This document shows, piece by piece, positions 56,967 through 64,000 of a stretch of DNA of 64,000 nt. The position numbers and the translations under genes were made by a program. Where the stretch lies: positions 1,302,001 through 1,366,000 of the forward strand of contig JBODTK010000016.1 in NCBI GenBank assembly GCA_050613775.1, written 5' to 3'. Every line of letters begins with the position of its first letter. Position 1 is the stretch's first letter. Source of the DNA: Neocallimastix sp. 'constans' (taxonomy: Eukaryota). The notes under the pieces are model-generated. The model made no database searches. It was not told the origin of the DNA and worked only from the letters and a program-made list of their open reading frames with translations.

Positions 56967-58690
56967 TTAATCATAAGAAAAATAGTTTCCTTTAAATAGT
57001 TTTTTAATATTTTTTTGGCTTTTCTTATTTTGCTTTTTTCTAAGATTTATATGGAAAAATTTTTTTATAATATTTCTTTTTAATTTTACAGAAGATGCCT
57101 TTGAAGCAATTGAAAGAGCCGATATTGAAGAGAAGGATATATCCCCTTTAGGAACAGAGGATATACAATTAGGAGATTTAAATTGAGGTGAACATAAGTT
57201 GACATTTTCTATAGGAAGGTTAGGTTGATGTAGTCCTGAAATAAATTCATTTGGAGTAACTTGTTCAGTTGATATTATCGGTGATGAACTTAGTATAGGA
57301 CTTCTTAAAAATGGTGGAGAATTTGGGGGAATAATTCTAGTAAAAGGTGGTGAACCTGGGGTAGGACTTCGTATAGTTTTAATTACAGTATATTTATTAG
57401 TTGATCTTCGGTAACGAATACTTCCATTACTATGACCTTTCTTCACAGATAAATGACCCACTTCTACATGTTTTGGTGTATTTCTTCCTCTATTGACAGA
57501 GTTATTATATTTGATATTTTGGGTATTCTTTTTTTTATAATTTTTGATACTTTTATTTTTAGTTACTGATTTTTTTGGACTATCAGAATTATTATTATCA
57601 TTACCATTACTATTTTCATTGTTGTTATAATCAATTTCATCAATCCATTCCTCATTATTATCATCTTCCAAAATTTCATTATTATTAGTCTTTTTATCAT
57701 TTGATATCATCTCTTTTTTCTTTTCTTCGTCTATTTTTTCAACAGTTAAACCGTTATTTTCAATATTTTCTACTTTTTGATTTTGAATTCCATTAATTTC
57801 TTGGTTTTTTATTTTTTGATCATCTTGATGACTAATTTCTTGATTATTTATTTGATATGATTTTTTTTGTATCTTTATTTCCTGATTTTCATATTTATTA
57901 GCTCCTTGTTTGTCTATTTCAGTCAAATTACTTGAATTATTATTCTCTTCAAAAGATGAAAAGGGTGTATTTTTAATATTTGTTCTTTGAATTAATGGAT
58001 GAGAAATTCTACGAACAACTGAATGATTAACATTCATATTGCTGTTTTGATTGTTCTCTTTATTTTGGCGTGGAATTGGAGAAGGGTTCTTATTGTTTGA
58101 AGGTTCCAATGAAGAATTATTATATGGTTGTACATTAGATAAATCAAATACTGCAATACTGTGACGATAATCACGATTGTTTTTATTACTTTTATTGTTA
58201 TTATCTTTACTAGTATTTTTAATTATTTTGTTCTTCAGTTTTGAAATGCTAAAAAGCTTATTTTTATTTTTAGAACTATTTGATGAAGAGTCTTCATCTT
58301 CAAATAAAATTCTACTAGGTAACACCAAATCATTTTTACTTTCTTTTTTATTCAGACTTTGAGATGATGATGAACGCCTTGGTGATAATGATTTAAAGTA
58401 TGAGAATGTTTTACTTAATCTAGAAGACTTATGTTTTACTATATTATCAGGTTTAGCTGGAATTTCAAAAGATAACGGAGAAATGCTGGATCGACTAATA
58501 TTTGAAGAATATTTTGGTGTTGGTGTTTTATTTCTTAAGCTATTGTCTGGTGAACGCTTTGGTGTAGTAGGTAATGAATTTACATTATTGTTAGTATTAA
58601 TTCTATTCAAGTTTGCCATATTGACAGTATATCTTTTATTATTCGTATTATTTAAATAATCCTTTAAGTTATTTGGTAACAAATTATTAA

Positions 58691-58729
<39 letters not shown>

Positions 58730-60997
58730 CTTTTAAATTATTTTGTGATGATTGAATTGAATTTGAAACAATTTCATGGTTTTGTTTATCATTTTTAACT
58801 TCTATATTAAGACTTTGATGCTTTTTACTTTGTGTGCTACGTTTTGGAATATTTGGTAATTTATTTTTATTATCATTAGTATTACTAACTTCAGTATAGA
58901 TATTTGTATTTTTAAAATCATTGATTGTATCGATATTGGTGGAATTATTAGAATTAGGTAATTGCAAAAGTTCAATATTAGTTGATAATTTAATGTTATC
59001 TATGCTGTATCTTTTCTGTTTATTTATTAATCCTTTAATACCATTTTTGTTTTCTAAATTGTGAGTTGGAGGTGGATCATATCTTTTAGATAAATCTTTT
59101 CTACTACCCAAGGATGAACTTCTTCTTAATATTTTTACTGGAGGATTAAATTGGGGTGTGATTTTAACCAGATCATTTTCATTTTCATTAGTGTTATTTA
59201 TTGATGAAGTTGATAGTTGTTGTTGATATTGCTGTTGATGTTTATAATGTTGATGCGGTATTGGAGGCTTAGAATGATTATTTTTTAATAATTTTGATGA
59301 TTGAAGATTATGATTTGGTGTATTTGAATTAGAAGAATAAGAATAAACTTCACTCAAAGAATAATTCTTTGGGTTAACTAAATGAATTTCTTTTTTCAAT
59401 GGATTTTCAGTATTAAGTGTTTTATCGACTGATGTTTTATCGATAGTATTTATATCAGCAGATGAATTTTTATTATTCATAATTTCTTTGTATAGTTTTG
59501 ACATTGAATCTGTTCTAAATAATATGCCATTAATATTATGTCCTTTTTCTTCTTTTTGAATATTATCTTTATCCATATCATATACCTCAATATTTTGATT
59601 AGCAATGAATGAATTTTCTGATGGATCATTTTGTGAACAAGATATAGATTCTAAGGGTCCTTTTTCAGATTTTGTTATACTTTCAATAATGCTGATATCA
59701 CGTGAAATGGATTTGTATAATTTATTGAAAGAGTCCGATTCTAATAAGAAATCTTGTTTAACTTTACTTTCATCTTTATGAGCTTTAAAGCTTTCCAAAG
59801 ATAGTACTGGTTTTACATGTAATATATTTGAATTTATACTTTCTTTATCATCCGATACCTCTGTTGAACTTTTAACTATATTATCATCTCTATTATCAAT
59901 TCCATCATCATCCTTATATTCATTAACGGAGATTACATTATTTTCCGTTATATCTTCACTCTGTAATTTATTATTTTCTAAGCTTGTAATAACATTAGAA
60001 GGCGGTGGTTGTGGTGTTTCTGTTATACCTAATTCAGTTATAGGTTTTTTATTATCTTCAATAATTTCTAAATTATTATCATTTGGTTTTGCTATATTAA
60101 ATAGTACAATTTATTATATTTGTATAATAAAAAAAATTTTTTTAGAAATTTTTAAAATAAATAGTAAAGTAATACATAATGGTAAAATATTAATAAAAAT
60201 AAAATAAAAAAAATTAAATTTAATTAAATTAAATTATACTAAATTAAATTAAGATTATATTTAATATATATTTAATATTTACTTTTTTCGTTGATAACAA
60301 CTTCAACAGATTTTAATAATATTTTTACAATAGGTTTCATAGTAATACAAGGACTAGCATTTAATGAAAGGTGCTTATTATTAATTTTATCAGTTGTCAA
60401 ATCATTTTTAAAATTATTATTAAATATAATTCTTTTCTTTTTCGGAATTAAATGGTTATTTCCAAAGCCCAATCTAATGGAATTAACAATTCTATCATAG
60501 GTCTGAAGAAATGGATCCAATTTAGCATTTCCATTCATTTTTGTAAATCTATATATATTGTCATTGAAAGAATTTGTATTTTTTTCAATTACTTTGAAAT
60601 TTTATTTTAATAATATGTTAATAAATAAAAATAAAAATATATAAATATATATAAATATATTATCACATTAATTTGTATTAATTACATAAACTTTATATAT
60701 TAATAAACTATATAAATATGATACAACTAAGAAAAAAAAAAAAAGGTTTTTTTTTTTTATATTTTTTTGTACACTTTAGAAATTTTTGTTTTATTTTTAG
60801 TAATAATAAAATAATTTTAAAACTGAAATGTATAATTTAAAAATACCCTTTGAAGTTACACTAGATGATAATACAGGTCTTAAAGATAAAGGTGATCTTG
60901 TAGAATTTTTAAAATCTGACAATTCTAATGTATTTTTATTAAATAATGGAGAGTAGTATTTTTTCTCTTCCTTTTTTTTTGTTGTTATTTTTTCCAT
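56967..60997 (-). CDS. Large Ser/Asn/Lys-rich, probably disordered protein of unknown function (~1194 aa, 3 exons)
   Basis: Exons 60997-60847, 60591-60283, 60091-56967 join in frame (3585 nt); no domain recognised. Confidence 0.75.
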
Positions 60998-61570
60998 TGT
61001 TTTGTTATTTCTAATCTTTATATATTTAAATTAAATAAAAAATATTCTTGATAACTTTTAATTAGTATAAAAAAATAGTTTGTTTAGTATAATAAGATAT
61101 TTAATAATTTTTATTATATCCAATTTAGTTTTTTCTTGATTATATAAATTAATATTTTTCATATATCCTAGATTAACAATTTTTGAAATAATAATAAAAA
61201 TTGAAGTATAAAAAAATATATATATAAAATTTTTAATTATTAGAATAATTATTATTTGTTTCAATGTATTATTTTTTTTAACAAACAATTTATTATTAAT
61301 TTTTTTGAGATATAATTAAAAAAAATTTTATCTATATTTACATATTTAAATAAATTATTAAAATGAATTATTTATCCAAGTTTTTTTTAATATGATGTAA
61401 TAAATAAATAGATAATTAAATAAATAATTTAATTTAATATTGAATAAATAAGTAAATAAATATATAAATTAATGAAATTTTAAATTAATAATAAAAAATA
61501 ATAATAAATACTGATATGATAATAATGTGAAAAATAATATAAAATATAATGACATAAATTTTTTTTAAAT

Positions 61571-61610
<40 letters not shown>

Positions 61611-63152
61611 TTTTAATTTACTGATTAAACTGAATTAATTTAAATGATATATTGTACATAGATAAATTAAATAATATTTTAACATTTTTCAATATTTTTA
61701 AATTAATAAAGAACAATTTAATAGTAATAGCATATCTTTTACTTATTTAATTTATTTTTCATGTTCTTATCCTATACTTTATTATTTAATTTTTTTTTAA
61801 CTATTTTTTTATTTTTTATTTTTTTATCTTTTTATTTTTTTTTATTTTCATGTTCTTATCCTATACTTTATTATTTAATTTTTTTTTAACTTTTTTTTTT
61901 TTTAAATTTTTTATATCATATTAAAATTTTTATTTTTTAATTTTTATTTTTAATTTTTTTTATTTTTTATTTTTTTTTTTTTTAATTTTATATTAATATA
62001 TTACAATTATTTTTTTTATTAACCATTTTATAAAATATTAATATATAGTATTAGTATATATTTTATAAAGTCATTGAAAACCAAAAATTCAATAAATGTT
62101 TAATTATATTTTAAATTAAAATTTTTACTATTAAATAATTAAAAAGCTATTATAAAAAATTTTTAATTAAATTTTTAATTTTAATTAAACTATTTCAACC
62201 AATAACTTTAAGTTATATATTAATTAAATTTTAAGAAAAAAAAAAAAAGATAGTATATGTAACAGTTTTATAAATTATTTTTTTTTAAGGTTATATTTTT
62301 ATTTTATATTATTCAATAAGTTTTTTTATGTATCATATATATCCAAAGGCCATTTATTTATTAAAATTAAGAAATAAAGATAATAATATGATTTTGTAAT
62401 ACTAATAATTTTAACATTAAATTATATGTAAATATTAACAAGTAAATTCATCAAGTTTATATTTGATTTATCAAACATGAAATGTTTATTCAAAACAATG
62501 AAAAAAAATTTTTTTTTTAAATTAGAGTTTAAAACAATATTCAAGATCTTAAATTTACCTTTATATATACATATATATTCTTTTACTATTCTTTAATTTT
62601 ATTTTTTAAATTTTCATTAAATAATTAAATAATAAATTTTGATAATACTTATAAGTTCTTATTATTATTATTATTAAATTTACTCCATTATTTCATTATT
62701 ATAATAATAAAGTATTGTTGAAAATATAAAATAATAATAACATTTTAAATTTTTAAAATTATTATCATTACTTTAATTATAATTAGATGTATGTTATAAT
62801 TTTATTATTTCGAAAAAATATTTTTAAATTAATGCATCCTCGGTGATTTAAAATATTAATACATGATCTTTTTTTTATTATTATTATTATTATTATTTCT
62901 TTGACTATGTATCAATTTAATTTTTTATTCTAATATATATATATTATCACTTCAATATATAATTTTAAAAAAATATATAAACTCAATATTTATATTTTTC
63001 TTTATATTCTCTTTCTATATATTCTCTTATTCTTTCAATTCACCATAAATATATTAGAAATTATTTATTTAGAATAAAAAAAAATATTAACAATATATTT
63101 ATATACTAAAGTATGTAAATTTATATTATTAATATTAGATATTGCTTATTTT

Positions 63153-63243
63153 AATAATAATAATAATAATAATAATAATAGTAATAGTAATAGTAATAAT
63201 AATAATAGTAATAGTAATAATAATAATAATAATAGTACTAATA

Positions 63244-63273
<30 letters not shown>
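63153..63273. repeat. (AAT)/(AGT) compound microsatellite
   Basis: Seen directly. Confidence 0.9.
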
Positions 63274-63274
<1 letters not shown>

Positions 63275-64000
63275 GATTATTTTAAAAATCTTTATAACAT
63301 TAATCAAAATTTCAAATATTTAATAAATATTTAATATTATATTTTATTTAATTGGCTTATTTAACTGATAAAATGTCTAGATTAATTTGAAATTATAGAA
63401 CTTCATATTATAAAATAATTAATTGGTAATAAATATTATATAATGTCAAAATAATTTTAGGAAAACATTTTATATAAAAATAAAATAAAATTATATAAAG
63501 AATTAAAATTGAATTTGATTTATTATATTTATATATACATATATATATATATATTTCTTTTTTCATCAATGATATAGACAAAATTAAATTATTTATTCAT
63601 TATTATTTGTTAACTTTAAATGTGAAATTTTATTCATAATTAAATTATTTGTTAATATTATTAATAATAATCTCTTATTCTTTATTATTAAATATTACAT
63701 ATTAATAAAATATAAAATTTTAAATATTAATAAAACGTTTCATATATAAAGAATTTTAATAAGATTTTTTGTTCAATAAATCTCATTAATTATTAAATAT
63801 TAATTTTGAGTTAAGATTTGCTCAAACTTAACGCTAATCAAACTAAATCCTTGACAATAATAATATTTTTTTCTAATAAATAAATTAAAGGAAAAAAAAA
63901 CCCTTATTTAATCTTTCGAAGTAATTGAGTTATTCTATTGAGAAAATTAAATTTTAAATAATATTAAAAATTGTTTATTGAAATTAATAAATAAATAAAA

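Noticed and set aside
63805..63832. Small pseudoknot-like overlap (TTTGAG/CTCAAA and GTTAAG/CTTAAC)
   Set aside because: Single instance with short AT-rich stems and no context; compatible with chance.

Overview
Extremely AT-rich eukaryotic DNA with GT-AG introns and a flagellar gene (RABL2); this fits an anaerobic gut fungus (Neocallimastigomycota), by inference. The first ~16 kb is a nest of LTR retrotransposons. E1 (1282-9632) is a full-length but mutated Ty3/Gypsy element with a 4-bp TSD, a tRNA-Ala-type PBS, a -1 frameshift pseudoknot and a solo LTR inserted in its 5' LTR. E2 (~9664-15467) is a distantly related, degenerate Tf2/chromovirus-like Gypsy element, followed by a Copia RNase H/PPT/LTR remnant. 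The rest holds host genes: CUL1, an unannotated 9-exon 37-aa-repeat gene, RABL2, a DLT1-like gene, a pseudogene, a Sel1-repeat protein, TTI1, a MARCH-type RING-CH ligase and a large low-complexity protein. The most striking observation is a multi-helix RNA element shared by the 5' leaders of E1 and E2. It has three identical sequence blocks (TCATATA, GCGAATAAGGA, GTCACCGAAGGC) joined by stems of different sequence that still pair, and it matches no ribozyme or riboswitch I recognise. E1 also carries an array of 8 structurally conserved hairpins upstream of gag. All structures were folded by eye.
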